The notes: generated from the sequence alone by a model not told the origin. Positions 9,693-20,330 are shown, counted from the stretch's first letter. The stretch: 64,000 nucleotides of DNA from Thermoplasmata archaeon (GCA_021817415.1 JAKAUZ010000003.1:50141-114140), one strand, 5' to 3'. A program made the numbers and translations.

Positions 9693-10319
9693 TCACTTTG
9701 TGCTCCACATCAAGAACATGGCGAAGGAAAACGTGACAGGAAAGCTGTTCTCATTGTTTATATAGAATGCATAGTTTGGTTCACTTATCGGTATGCTAAA
9801 TGATGCCCCGGTCGAAGCAGTTGCGTTTAACAGAAGAGTAAGGTTGTAGACGCTGCTATTCACAGAGCCAATTGTTCCAGGACTTGCAACCGCCGGTGAA
9901 ATAAAGAATAAAGTCGTATTGTTAACTGGGTTGATCTCTCTCACAAAGAACATATCCGTTTTAGCATCGACAGTTATTGTGTAGTTGTAGAACAACATAT
10001 TCGTCGAGATTCCGTATTTTTGTTCCGCAATACCAAGCACAAGGTTCACTTTTGAATAATTTCCATCCGATGATTTCAAACTTGATTCGAGCTCAGAAAG
10101 CGTCAGGTTCAGGTTAGTTTCATTTGTTCTCAACTAATCGATCGTAGTATTCTGTCCTGAAATTATTCTATCCTTGGAGAATAGCTCATTGTTCAATGCA
10201 GAAATCCTTGTATTCTGAGATACAAGGGATAAGTAGTTGTATGCCAGTCCTGCGGACAGTAGTATAATCGCTACTATGAAAACAGTTATAACGGTCTTAG
10301 AAACTTTTGATTTTTCCAT
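9693..10319 (-). pseudogene. Membrane-anchored secreted protein interrupted by an in-frame TAG
   Basis: ORFs 10134-10319 and 9693-10133 are in one frame, separated only by TAG at 10136-10134; together they give a TM anchor, a coiled coil and an N/S/T-rich domain. Confidence 0.7.
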
Positions 10320-10859
10320 TTAATCACTCCACGTTACTGATGCAGTATGTTCAATACCATAAACATATCTTGCATGAGATTTCATGATATTATTCGAAAG
10401 TTGCAATATGCCGTTTGTATTGAGATATTGAGAACTGCTATTCGTCAGGGAGTTTCTGGTTTCGAGATATTCTATCACGTCCGTCTTTTTTTTGCCTCAT
10501 TCTCAACTTGGTTCCCAAAACTTGTAGTGTTGAACGTCATGTTGAGACACTGGGACCAGTTCAGAGGCTGGTTCCGGAGAAACACTCGATCCGGTTATTT
10601 TCATATTTGTTAGGCATATATTTATCTGAAACAGTGTGTGAGATGCTTCTTTCCTGTTATATCCGGGAATGATAACTTTGAATTCTTGAACATCTGAAAA
10701 TTAATTGATGGTGTGTTAAACTGTAACTCTTTCTCAATTCTGCATAATATGTAGGTCAAGATCTTCCAAGGTGAGGAAGCGCTATAACGCATTATTTCGT
10801 AACTAGGAGGTCGAAATGATGGAGGGTTCAAAAACATGCGGGTGGAGCTACGATCCCTA

Positions 10860-10934
10860 CGGGCGCAAGGGGATTTGAACCCCTGACCTACGGCTTAGGA
10901 GGCCGTTGCCCTATCCAAACTAGGCCATGCGCCC
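10860..10934 (-). tRNA. tRNA-Arg(CCT)
   Basis: GGGCGCA/TGCGCCC acceptor stem, anticodon arm CGGC-CTCCTAA-GCCG, T-arm GGTTCAAATCC; no intron, CCA not encoded. Confidence 0.96.
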
Positions 10935-11023
10935 TCAACACAGGGTATGTTTTCCACATTTTAACTGTTACGCAATGACTCAAAGTTTTTACACTTCACA
11001 CTCATATAGATGTGTGATTTAGT

Positions 11024-11995
11024 ATGTCGTTACCGAAGGTTTCTGTAATTGGGGCCGGACAGGTTGGCTCCATGGTTGCTGAGCATCTTGCCATAAAGGA
11101 ACTTGCCGATGTATACCTATTCGATGTGGTGGATGGCGCAGCAAAAGGTAAAAGTCTTGACATGATGGAAGCAATGCCTCACTGGAAATCTGACTCAACT
11201 CTGGAAGGATACACGGTGGGACCAAACGGAGAGAACTATGAGAATCTGAAAGAATCAAAAATTATAGTGATAACTGCAGGTCTAGCAAGAAAGCCTGGTA
11301 TGAGCAGGGATGACCTGTTGTACAAGAATGTGGATATAGTAAAGAGTGCGGCCGAAAACGTCAAGAAATACAGTCCAAACTCAATAATAATCGTGGTCAC
11401 GAATCCGATGGACATAATGACTTACACTGCTTACAGGATCATAGGTCCTGAAAAATACAGGATAATGGGAATGGGAGGGACTCTGGATAGCGGAAGATTC
11501 AGGACTTTTGTCGCCAAGGAACTGGGGGTCTCTGTGGATGATGTAACAGCATTCGTGGTTGGCGGGCATGGAGACGACATGATCCCATTTGTGAGATACT
11601 GTTCCGTGGGCGGAATTCCACTCACCGAGCTTCTCTCAAAGGAAAAGATAGACGCAATACTCGCAAGGACAAGAAACGGTGGAGGGGAGATTGTGTCATA
11701 CCTCAAGACAGGATCAGCATATTTCGCCCCTGGAATTTCAATAACAGTGATGATTGAATCTATACTTAAGGACAAGAAGAGAGTGGTGACAGCACCTGCA
11801 TTTCTGACCGGAGACACAGGAAAGCACTATGGAGTGGAAGGATTCTTTGTTGGAGTACCTGTAAAAATCGGAAAGAATGGAGTGGAAGAAATCTATAAGC
11901 TAAGTTTCCAACCAGAGGAAAGAAAACTCTGGGATATAACTGCAGCCCACGTAAAAGAGAGCGTAGAAAAAGTAAACGCCTACCTACACATTTGA
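11024..11995 (+). CDS. mdh: Malate dehydrogenase (LDH-like)
   Basis: GAGQVG, TAGLARKPGMSRDDL, VTNPMD, LDSGRF, GGHGD. Confidence 0.95.
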   Translation: MSLPKVSVIGAGQVGSMVAEHLAIKELADVYLFDVVDGAAKGKSLDMMEAMPHWKSDSTLEGYTVGPNGENYENLKESKIIVITAGLARKPGMSRDDLLYKNVDIVKSAAENVKKYSPNSIIIVVTNPMDIMTYTAYRIIGPEKYRIMGMGGTLDSGRFRTFVAKELGVSVDDVTAFVVGGHGDDMIPFVRYCSVGGIPLTELLSKEKIDAILARTRNGGGEIVSYLKTGSAYFAPGISITVMIESILKDKKRVVTAPAFLTGDTGKHYGVEGFFVGVPVKIGKNGVEEIYKLSFQPEERKLWDITAAHVKESVEKVNAYLHI

Positions 11996-12376
11996 TTTTA
12001 CTTCTCTTTCTTTCATTTTTATTACGAAATTCTTCAGTCTGAATGCTAGGTCGTCGTCTATCAAATGCTCAAATACGCACGCTTTTTCATAGGCCGTCTT
12101 TTCGTCGCATCCCATCATCACGAATAGCTGATAGATGGATTCTTCCTTCTCGCTCAAATTCGCAAGCAGTTTCTTCCCTTTTTCTGAAAGGGTCATCCCC
12201 CTATATTTCTCGTAGTTTATAAGTCCATCATCCGCCAGCTTTCTCAGCATTTGTGAAACTGAGGCAGGCGTTACCTTTAGATATTCCGCTATTTCCAGAG
12301 GTCGTGCGTACCCGTGCAATTTTATAAAATAGTCGATAGCTTCCAAATATTTTTCCCTATCTTCTCTGCCTTTCAC
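11984..12376 (-). CDS. DtxR/MntR-family metal-dependent regulator
   Basis: EKYLEAI..IAEYLKVTPASVSQML..ACVFEH. Confidence 0.88.
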   Translation of the reverse strand: MKGREDREKYLEAIDYFIKLHGYARPLEIAEYLKVTPASVSQMLRKLADDGLINYEKYRGMTLSEKGKKLLANLSEKEESIYQLFVMMGCDEKTAYEKACVFEHLIDDDLAFRLKNFVIKMKEREVKSNV

Positions 12377-12469
12377 ATACCTAAATTATTAAGGTTATAT
12401 TAAGTTGTTTTATATTCACATTATAATATGTAATATATTTAGCTGTTCAGATTAGATAAAATAAATACA

Positions 12470-13318
12470 ATGAAACAGTATATCGGAACCGTGCAAGAGG
12501 CTTTGGATATAGTTCATATTAAGGAAAAAGCCAAGGAAGTCAGAAAGCTGATTATAAGGATGACATATGAGGCGAAGAGCGGTCATCCCGGGGGATCCTT
12601 GAGTGCAGCAGATATTCTTACTTACCTTTATTTCAGGGAAATGAATGTAGACCCAAGGAATCCAGACTGGGCGGACAGGGATAGATTCGTTCTCTCAAAG
12701 GGGCACGCTTCCCCTGGATTGTACGCCGTACTGGCACTTAAGGGCTTCTTTCCAATTGATCATCTCATGACTTTCAGGAAACTCGGTTCTGACCTACAGG
12801 GCCATGTGACCAGACACGTCCCCGGGGTGGACATGACTGCTGGGTCTCTGGGGCAGGGGCTTGGAAATGCTATAGGCATGGCACTTGCGGCAAGACTTGA
12901 TGGAAAGAGCTACAGGGTTTTTGCAATGATAGGGGACGGGGAGAGCAATGAAGGGAGCATATGGGAGGCTGCACTTTCAGCTAACCACTGGAAACTTTCC
13001 AATCTGATTGTATTCCTCGACAGGAACATGATACAGCTGGACGGTTTTACAGAGAGCATACTTGCTCTAGGTGACTTAGAGGAAAAATTCAGATATTTCG
13101 GCTGGGCGACCAGGACCATTGACGGGCATTCTATGGAGGAAATAGCTGAAGTTCTGGATTGGGCTAAATATCAAAACGGGCCCAAGATGATAATTGCCAA
13201 AACGGTAAAGGGCAAGGGGGTAAGTTTTATGGAAAACAATCCCGATTACCACGGCAAGCCTCCGCCTGACGAAAAGAAATTTGAGCAAGCATTGAAGGAA
13301 ATTGAGGAGGGTTTCTAG
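12470..13318 (+). CDS. Transketolase, N-terminal (TPP-binding) subunit
   Basis: SGHPGGSLS, DRFVLSKGH, GSLGQG, GDGESNEG. Confidence 0.95.
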   Translation: MKQYIGTVQEALDIVHIKEKAKEVRKLIIRMTYEAKSGHPGGSLSAADILTYLYFREMNVDPRNPDWADRDRFVLSKGHASPGLYAVLALKGFFPIDHLMTFRKLGSDLQGHVTRHVPGVDMTAGSLGQGLGNAIGMALAARLDGKSYRVFAMIGDGESNEGSIWEAALSANHWKLSNLIVFLDRNMIQLDGFTESILALGDLEEKFRYFGWATRTIDGHSMEEIAEVLDWAKYQNGPKMIIAKTVKGKGVSFMENNPDYHGKPPPDEKKFEQALKEIEEGF

Positions 13319-14296
13319 ATGGTTACGGGAAATCTTACATGGCTTCCAAATTTAATCAATTCCGTGGAAAGAAAGAGCCAGAGGGAGGCCTACGGTAACG
13401 CTTTAGAAAAACTGGGGGTAGATAGGAATGTCGTCGTACTGGATGCAGACCTATCAACTTCCACCCATACAACAATTTTCCAGAAAAAATATCCCGACAG
13501 GTTCTTCAACATGGGCATTTCGGAAAACAACATGATGGCAGTGGCATCGGGATTGGCTAACAGCGGCAAAAATGTATTCGCCTCTTCATTTGCTGTTTTT
13601 GCTACCGGCAGGTCCTATGACTTCGTAAGGCAAAGTGTGTGCTATGCTGACAGCAATGTGAAGATCGTCGCGACTCACGCTGGGCTGACGGTTGGCGAGG
13701 ACGGGGCCACGCATCAGATTATAGAGGATATGGGGCTCATGACGGGTCTTCCAAACATGAAAGTTCTTTGTCCTGCCGACGCGATGGAAACAGAAGAGAT
13801 AATAGGATACATATATGAAAACAGGGGACCTTTTTATGTCCGGCTGTCAAGGGAAAAAATACCTGTTGTTCACAAGGAGAAATCTTTCACCTTCGGGAAG
13901 TCTGAACTGCTCAGAGATGGATCGGATGTAACAGTCATAGCAACGGGAATACTCGTCAGTGCTGCCCTTATAGCATCTGATTATCTGAAATCAAAAGGAA
14001 TATCCGTGAAAGTATTAAATATGGCCACAATTAAGCCAATTGACAGGGAAGGAATACTAAAGGCTGCTAGAGAGACAGGCAGGATTGTGACTGCTGAGGA
14101 GCACAGTATATACAATGGGCTTGGAAGCAGGGTCTCCGAGGTAGTGGCTGAAGGTTATCCCGTGACTGTCTACAGGCTCGGTGTCAATGACGTTTTCGGT
14201 GAATCAGGCAAGGCGTGGGAACTGATGGATGCTTATGGGCTGAACCCGCTGGGAATAGTTAAGAAGGTCGAAGAAATAATGGTGGCGAGATCATGA
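13319..14296 (+). CDS. Transketolase, C-terminal subunit
   Basis: NMGISENNM, GEDGATHQ, EEHSIYNGLG; own RBS GAGGAGG. Confidence 0.95.
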   Translation: MVTGNLTWLPNLINSVERKSQREAYGNALEKLGVDRNVVVLDADLSTSTHTTIFQKKYPDRFFNMGISENNMMAVASGLANSGKNVFASSFAVFATGRSYDFVRQSVCYADSNVKIVATHAGLTVGEDGATHQIIEDMGLMTGLPNMKVLCPADAMETEEIIGYIYENRGPFYVRLSREKIPVVHKEKSFTFGKSELLRDGSDVTVIATGILVSAALIASDYLKSKGISVKVLNMATIKPIDREGILKAARETGRIVTAEEHSIYNGLGSRVSEVVAEGYPVTVYRLGVNDVFGESGKAWELMDAYGLNPLGIVKKVEEIMVARS

Positions 14297-14964
14297 AATT
14301 CTTCTTGGATACCGCGAACATTGAAGAAATAAGGGAAGGTGTTTCCTGGGGTGCAGTAGATGGCATTACAACCAATCCAACACTTATTTCAAAGGAACTG
14401 AAGGGGGAAATGAACTTCAGGAAACTTGTCACATCAATACTAGATCTTGTTAAAGGACCAGTCTCCCTGGAGGTAACTTCGCTCAAACATGATGAAATGA
14501 TAGAAGAGGCAAAGAGGTTGAAGAAACTTGGGGATAACGTAGTTGTAAAGATACCTACGACAGTTGAAGGATTGAAGGCGCTGAAAATTTTGAAGGAAAT
14601 TGGCATCGAAACCAATGCGACTCTTGTTTTCTCTCTGAGCCAGGCCCTGATGGTGGTCAAGGCAGGTGCAACCTATGTCTCTCCATTTGTTGGAAGGCTG
14701 GATGACATCGGGGAAGATGGCATGTCCCTGATAGAGGACATAAGGACTGCTTATGATAACTATGGAATCAATGCAAAGATTATAGTTGCCTCAATCAGGC
14801 ATCCCGTTCACGTAAGGGAATCAGCACTGATAGGGGCTGATATTGTCACAATGCCCTTTGACGTTTTCAAGAAACTCATGAGTCACCCAAAGACTGATGA
14901 GGGGCTGAAGAGGTTTCTTGATGACTGGGACAAGATTGACAGAGGGAAACTCAGGTTGGAATGA
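14293..14964 (+). CDS. tal: Transaldolase (short FSA/TalC-type)
   Basis: FFLDTA, GITTNPTL, VVVKIP (Schiff-base Lys), YVSPFVGRLDD. Confidence 0.93.
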   Translation: MKFFLDTANIEEIREGVSWGAVDGITTNPTLISKELKGEMNFRKLVTSILDLVKGPVSLEVTSLKHDEMIEEAKRLKKLGDNVVVKIPTTVEGLKALKILKEIGIETNATLVFSLSQALMVVKAGATYVSPFVGRLDDIGEDGMSLIEDIRTAYDNYGINAKIIVASIRHPVHVRESALIGADIVTMPFDVFKKLMSHPKTDEGLKRFLDDWDKIDRGKLRLE

Positions 14965-15773
14965 GTAAACTAACGGCAATAGCAAGTCCCCCAGATCTTG
15001 ACTCTATTGGTTCCGTATACTTACTGAGAAGAGCGTTAAGAGGGGTGGAATTGGAGGTCAAGTATCTGGAACACAACGAGATTGAAATAAAAGAGGCCGA
15101 TTACATATTGGATTCCCCACATGGAAAGGCAAGAATTAAGAGATTTGATCATCACGGAGAGAAAGTTTACAGCTGTTCGGCGATAAAGGTGGTTGAGTCG
15201 TTTTCGCTGGGAAGAGCTGAGAAGAGACTGGCTGAAGCAATCTGCTGGCAGGACAATGCAGGCTGGAAATCACTGCAAAGGGAAGGAATGGATAACCTTC
15301 TTGATTTGGTGCTTAGGAGTTTTATCGCCGCAGGAAAGGATATCAATGAAATTGAGGACATTTTCAAGGTAATATTCGATTCAATGATAATAAAATTTGA
15401 GCAGGATTATTCCCTTATTGAAGAAATCAGAGGAAAAATTATGTACCGAGGGCAGGATAAGGGGAAAGTCCTGGTAGTCTCGGGAGATTATCCCAAGGAC
15501 CTCATATTCAGAGAGTTCGAACCACTATTGCTTGTTAAGGCAGAGGGAGCTTACGTATCTGTAACCAGATCCGCGAGTTTGAATGTACCTGATTTGAATT
15601 CCTTTAAGCCTATTCTGGAAAGGAATGTGAGAGACATTTCGAGATGGTTCTTTCATCCAATAGGATTCTATTTTGGATATTCTCCAGAACCTGGGAAAAG
15701 GGAAGAGAGACAGATCGATCCTGTTGTCCTGGGAAAGTTGCTTGAAGATTTCCTCAAATCTCTTGAAATTTAA
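14961..15773 (+). CDS. Divergent DHH-superfamily phosphoesterase-like protein
   Basis: PDLDSIGS, ILD and RFDHH motifs; ATGA overlap with tal. Confidence 0.55.
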   Translation: MSKLTAIASPPDLDSIGSVYLLRRALRGVELEVKYLEHNEIEIKEADYILDSPHGKARIKRFDHHGEKVYSCSAIKVVESFSLGRAEKRLAEAICWQDNAGWKSLQREGMDNLLDLVLRSFIAAGKDINEIEDIFKVIFDSMIIKFEQDYSLIEEIRGKIMYRGQDKGKVLVVSGDYPKDLIFREFEPLLLVKAEGAYVSVTRSASLNVPDLNSFKPILERNVRDISRWFFHPIGFYFGYSPEPGKREERQIDPVVLGKLLEDFLKSLEI

Positions 15774-15819
15774 TCCACGGCGTAAGAAAATTTTCTTTAG
15801 GTTAAATTACTACAGGTGT

Positions 15820-16698
15820 ATGGAAAAATTCAAAGATGTGCAATCGGAGAACCCAATTAACACTTACAGTCTTGATAGAGTCGGTCTGACAAACGTGGCA
15901 AGGCCCATTAAGGTTCACAGGAATAAGACAGTCACACTTATTCCAACTTTCAGGGTATTCGTTGATCTGCCTCCCTCAAGGAAGGGTAGCGATCTTTCGA
16001 GAGATATTGAAGCCCTTGAAGACGTAGTTGGGCAGGAAGTGGACGGGAAAATTAAGGGGATTGAATATGTAGCAGAACTAATAGTGGATAGGCTTCTAGA
16101 GAGGCACCCTTATGCAACTTCTGCTGAAGCCCAACTTGTGGCAGACTATTTTCTGGAAAGGAAGAATCCGAAGGGACGAAAGACAACGGAAAGATACCAG
16201 ATTCAGGGAATAGCAAGAAAGAAGGATGGTGAAAAGACCATCAGGTACATAGGAGCCACTGCCACTGGAATTTCAGTCTGTCCTTCTGCCATGAAAACAG
16301 TTTCCACCTTGACTGGAAGAATGTCGGATGAACCACCTTTCATCTCGCACAACCAGAGAAATGATGTCACAATCATAATGTCTGTGCCAGATGGAAAGGA
16401 TGTGGAAGTGGATACGCTTATAGATATTGCTGAAGCCTCAATGAGTGCACCGACCTTTGAGCTATTGAAGAGAGAAGAGGAGGGCATGTTGGTGCTTCAG
16501 GCCCACAAGAATCCGAAATTCGTCGAGGATGTTGTGAGGGACGTTGTGAAATTGATCGTCAAAAAATTTGAGGATTTTCCGGATACTGTAATGATCGAGG
16601 TCAGAAGTGAAAGTTATGAGACAATCCATAAACACAATGCGTACGCAGAAAAGAAAGGGACGCTAGGAGACTTCAGGAAAGAACTTAAGGAGAATTGA
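15820..16698 (+). CDS. mptA: GTP cyclohydrolase MptA (FolE2 family)
   Basis: DVQ, RKGSDLSR, SVCPSA, SHNQR, NPKFVEDVVR, ETIHKHNAYA; start moved to ATG 15820. Confidence 0.88.
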   Translation: MEKFKDVQSENPINTYSLDRVGLTNVARPIKVHRNKTVTLIPTFRVFVDLPPSRKGSDLSRDIEALEDVVGQEVDGKIKGIEYVAELIVDRLLERHPYATSAEAQLVADYFLERKNPKGRKTTERYQIQGIARKKDGEKTIRYIGATATGISVCPSAMKTVSTLTGRMSDEPPFISHNQRNDVTIIMSVPDGKDVEVDTLIDIAEASMSAPTFELLKREEEGMLVLQAHKNPKFVEDVVRDVVKLIVKKFEDFPDTVMIEVRSESYETIHKHNAYAEKKGTLGDFRKELKEN

Positions 16699-16700
16699 GA

Positions 16701-19406
16701 TCAGCTCCAGAATCTTCTATTTTTTGCGAACTCCACCTCGTTGAGAAGAATTCGTTCAAGCAATTCTTCTTCACTTTTCACGGGTACTTGAAGGATCCTG
16801 GAGGCACTATCCGGGCCTATTCCATGTGCAGAAAGAACCAGTAGGGCCTTCTCTTCATACATCCTCAGGAGGTGGTAAGAGGTATTGACCCTCTTAAACA
16901 TCTCCTTCGATAGGGGATCAAGCTTATCGAGGTCGTAAGGCTTTACAGGAGCGATTCTCGGACTGCTGCAAAATATGCATCTTCTCTCTTTCAGATCTGA
17001 AATCTTCATCTTGAAATGTCTCCTGCAGCTGAGACAGTAAAAACCAAGTTCTTCCGCAAGCAATCGCTTTCTTATGGCTGCAAGTATGGGAGCGGTTGGT
17101 CTTATAGGCATCATCTTTTCCTTCAGATTATTCATGTACAGTTTCGAAGAAGTTGAAAATCTCCCCCCGACGGATATATTCATCATACCTTCTTCAATTG
17201 CCTTGCCGATTATCAGCGAGTGCGGTACATCCATGTAGTCCCATTTGAATTTCTCCACGGCTTCTTTAAAAATTATCGTATCCTCATAAAGGGAGATTAT
17301 CTTGTCTATTCTGATCCTTGTAAAATCAGTTTCCTTAGAAAAGATGCCGAATTTCCTTCCCACGTTTATGAAACTGTAATTGAATATTCTTGTCTTTATA
17401 ACATACTTGTCCAGGTTAAGCACAAGGGACTGAATATTTCTTAGTCCCTCAACAATTTCATCCACACTGTAACGAAAGTTTCCCTGGATCATTATATGGT
17501 ATGGCGAGATGTCAAACAGGAAAGATTCCCCATATTTATCAGCCAATGAATAGGTCAACAATAAGGCAATAGTATAATTGGTCTTGGTTCCCCCAGTCAA
17601 TTGTATGAGGGTTGTATTGCCCTCTTTCTCTACAAGAATCAATTCATCATTGGCAGACCCTTCTATAAATTTCTGCACCATCTGGGCTGACCTCTTGTCT
17701 AAATTTGGACTGAGGACGCCTTTCCTTCTCTTCCTTCCCACTTCAAATGCTATCTCAAACGGGACAGGTATTTCTTCCCCAGACCAGCTTGGAGGAACCG
17801 ATATACCCTGTATGAAATCAACATAAATGACATCATTCTTTATTCCCACAACTCTCCAGGTACTTCCCTTGAGAACAAATGTACTTTCTATGTCAATTTC
17901 AGTTGCCACGTAACCCTCATCAAGAAATCCAATAATTTTTGCGGTGGAAGATTCTTTGACAACGTATCTCTTCTCATCAGGAATCATAGAAATATTCTCA
18001 AGAAACTGTTTCATGGTTCTACCGCTTTTCCTTATTGTATTTTTTTCCCCGTCATAGTAGATCACCCTCAAATTGCTGAGAAACTCCACATACTTCACAA
18101 ATTCATCAAAGGATAGATCCCGGAAATTGTAAACAGCCCTGAACAGTTTATATGCCCGATCCAGTTGAACTTCCCTTTCCGCATAGACAAGAGATACAAG
18201 CTGATTTACCAGAACAATTATCGGCCTATCCCTGATCTCTATTTTCTCAATTCTTCCATTTTGGGCAAACTCTGCAATTACCGATCCCTCCTCTGCCTCT
18301 ATCTCATTCACGCAAACTATCTCCCCCTCAGATATCTCACCCAACCTGTGTCTTCCCCTCCCAACGCGTTGTACAACCCTGATGACCTGTCTGGGTGAGT
18401 TCATCTGTATTACAAAGTCCACTGATCCGATATCTATCCCAAGTTCCATGCTAGAGGTGCAAATGAGTCCCCTGATTCTACCCTTCCTGAATTCATCCTC
18501 TATCTTAGTCCTAACATCTTTCCCAAGGGAGCCATGATGCACGTCAACAGAAATGTCATCGTCGAAGAGGCGCAAACGCATGACTATATCTTCCGCAGTT
18601 GACCTCGTATTGGTAAAAACGATGAACTGCTTCCCGATATTATATATCCTTAATATGAAGTGAATTGCCTCTGCATAGCTATCCTCTGCCCCAATTATTT
18701 CCTTGAAGCTGCCGGGAGCTCCTGTTGGCATGGAAACTCTTATGGAATATTCTTTTGATGCACCCGCTTTCAGCGTCTTGAATGGAAGCGTACCAAAAAT
18801 TGCCTTTCCCACTTCATCCGGATTCCCCACAGTAGCTGAAATGGCAGCTATCTTCAGTTCAGGTGCCATTTCCCTGATTCTCGAGATTGCAACTAGTAGC
18901 TGCCAGCCCCGTTCATCATTCAATAATTCGTGAACTTCATCTATGATCAGGTATTTCACTGACTTCAGATGATTTCGCAGCACTTTTCCATTGAGTATCA
19001 ACTGCATTGTTTCAGGGGTTGTGATCATAACTTCTGGCGGGTTTTCAGCCTGATATCTTCTTTCACTATTGCTACTGTCTCCATGTCTGACAGAGGCCCT
19101 AAGTCCAAATGATTCGGCATAGAATTCAATCCTTCCAAGGACATCTCTATTGAGTGCTCTCAAGGGGGTTATATAAATGGCCCCAAATCCCTTTAAGGAA
19201 TTCTTCTTTTCCCCCAGCAAAAGAAAGATTGGAAGAACAACTGCCTCCGTCTTTCCACTCCCCGTGGGAGACGTCAGCAGAACGTTGTTTCCATTCAAAA
19301 TCTCAGGTATTGCAATTCTCTGAGGGTCCGTAAAATCGGAAAAGCCCTTCTTAACCAGTATGGTTCGTATCAAATTGATTTGTGATTCAACAGTACCTTC
19401 GTTCAA
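16701..19406 (-). CDS. lhr: Lhr-like SF2 helicase
   Basis: SPTGSGKT, DEVH, HHGSL, ELGIDIG, QRVGR, PSWSGE; C-terminal CxxC..CxxC. Confidence 0.92.
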   Translation of the reverse strand: MNEGTVESQINLIRTILVKKGFSDFTDPQRIAIPEILNGNNVLLTSPTGSGKTEAVVLPIFLLLGEKKNSLKGFGAIYITPLRALNRDVLGRIEFYAESFGLRASVRHGDSSNSERRYQAENPPEVMITTPETMQLILNGKVLRNHLKSVKYLIIDEVHELLNDERGWQLLVAISRIREMAPELKIAAISATVGNPDEVGKAIFGTLPFKTLKAGASKEYSIRVSMPTGAPGSFKEIIGAEDSYAEAIHFILRIYNIGKQFIVFTNTRSTAEDIVMRLRLFDDDISVDVHHGSLGKDVRTKIEDEFRKGRIRGLICTSSMELGIDIGSVDFVIQMNSPRQVIRVVQRVGRGRHRLGEISEGEIVCVNEIEAEEGSVIAEFAQNGRIEKIEIRDRPIIVLVNQLVSLVYAEREVQLDRAYKLFRAVYNFRDLSFDEFVKYVEFLSNLRVIYYDGEKNTIRKSGRTMKQFLENISMIPDEKRYVVKESSTAKIIGFLDEGYVATEIDIESTFVLKGSTWRVVGIKNDVIYVDFIQGISVPPSWSGEEIPVPFEIAFEVGRKRRKGVLSPNLDKRSAQMVQKFIEGSANDELILVEKEGNTTLIQLTGGTKTNYTIALLLTYSLADKYGESFLFDISPYHIMIQGNFRYSVDEIVEGLRNIQSLVLNLDKYVIKTRIFNYSFINVGRKFGIFSKETDFTRIRIDKIISLYEDTIIFKEAVEKFKWDYMDVPHSLIIGKAIEEGMMNISVGGRFSTSSKLYMNNLKEKMMPIRPTAPILAAIRKRLLAEELGFYCLSCRRHFKMKISDLKERRCIFCSSPRIAPVKPYDLDKLDPLSKEMFKRVNTSYHLLRMYEEKALLVLSAHGIGPDSASRILQVPVKSEEELLERILLNEVEFAKNRRFWS

Positions 19407-19488
19407 CAGTCTGTGATGCGTAAGTTGCTAAAAAGAATAACCTGATGTTTTAATTCTCAAAAAAGATTTATAAAGTACCCGACACTTT

Positions 19489-20229
19489 GTGACCATGCTA
19501 GGCTCTCGACTTAACATGAAGGAATTTGAAATATCGGAATTAAAGAACCTGACCTCAGGTGCAGCGGACAGTTTTCCGGTAAGGAGTTTCACTTTGAGTC
19601 CGGTAGATGGAGAAAATTTCAGATTCAAGCCGGGCATGTTCACATCAATTTTCATTAGTCCTGGAGATAAATTATTCAGGTCCTACTCAATCGCGTCCTC
19701 CCCACATGAAAAAAATATAGAATTGATGATTGAATTGGTCAATGGCAAACTCACCAGTATCCTTGCGAAATTAAAGGAGGGAGATACCCTCTTTCTTACG
19801 GAGCCGAAGGGAACGTTTGTGTACGATCCAGAGAAGGCAACAAAGAGTATCTTCCTGGCCGCTGGGATAGGTATAGCTCCTTTCTTTTCGATGCTGAGAT
19901 ATACGAAATTCCTTGGGCTTGAAAGAGACGTCGTTCTGTTGTATAGCGTAAAACATTCTCTGGATATACTGAATGCTCCGGAGTTAGAATCCTATAGAAG
20001 CCTGGGACTCAGGGAGATCATTACGGTTACAAGGGACCAGCAATCCAATGGCTGGGACGGAGAAAGAGGAAGGATCAATATTGAAATGATCAAGAAACAT
20101 GCGCTTGACTTTAAAGAAAGAACCTTCTACATCTGCGGAGGAATCAAATTCGTGAGGGACATTGTAGATGAACTCACGATATCAGGAATCAAGGATGGCG
20201 AGATAAGGAGAGATATCTGGGGCGAATGA
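19489..20229 (+). CDS. FAD/NAD(P)-binding oxidoreductase (FNR-like)
   Basis: RSYSIAS, GKLTS, AAGIGIAPF, YICGG. Confidence 0.88.
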   Translation: MTMLGSRLNMKEFEISELKNLTSGAADSFPVRSFTLSPVDGENFRFKPGMFTSIFISPGDKLFRSYSIASSPHEKNIELMIELVNGKLTSILAKLKEGDTLFLTEPKGTFVYDPEKATKSIFLAAGIGIAPFFSMLRYTKFLGLERDVVLLYSVKHSLDILNAPELESYRSLGLREIITVTRDQQSNGWDGERGRINIEMIKKHALDFKERTFYICGGIKFVRDIVDELTISGIKDGEIRRDIWGE

Positions 20230-20330
20230 GCTTTGAAAAAACCAGCACCTTCCCAATATATAACCGTTCAAGAGGGAAGAAATATTTATTTATAAATGAA
20301 AAATTAATAAAAATAAAAAATAAAGTTTTT

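Noticed and set aside
10805-10880. AGGAGG-led mini-ORF reading into the tRNA antisense (possible SSV-type integrase N-fragment)
   Set aside because: It stops within about 20 codons, and there is no integrase C-fragment or att duplicate in the window
13316-13321. Transketolase halves in frame, separated by one TAG (possible readthrough or pyrrolysine)
   Set aside because: The second half has its own GAGGAGG RBS and ATG, split transketolases are normal in archaea, and TAG terminates many other genes here
15673-15819. N-terminal extension of MptA
   Set aside because: It overlaps the upstream gene; family similarity begins at MEKFKDVQ (15820)
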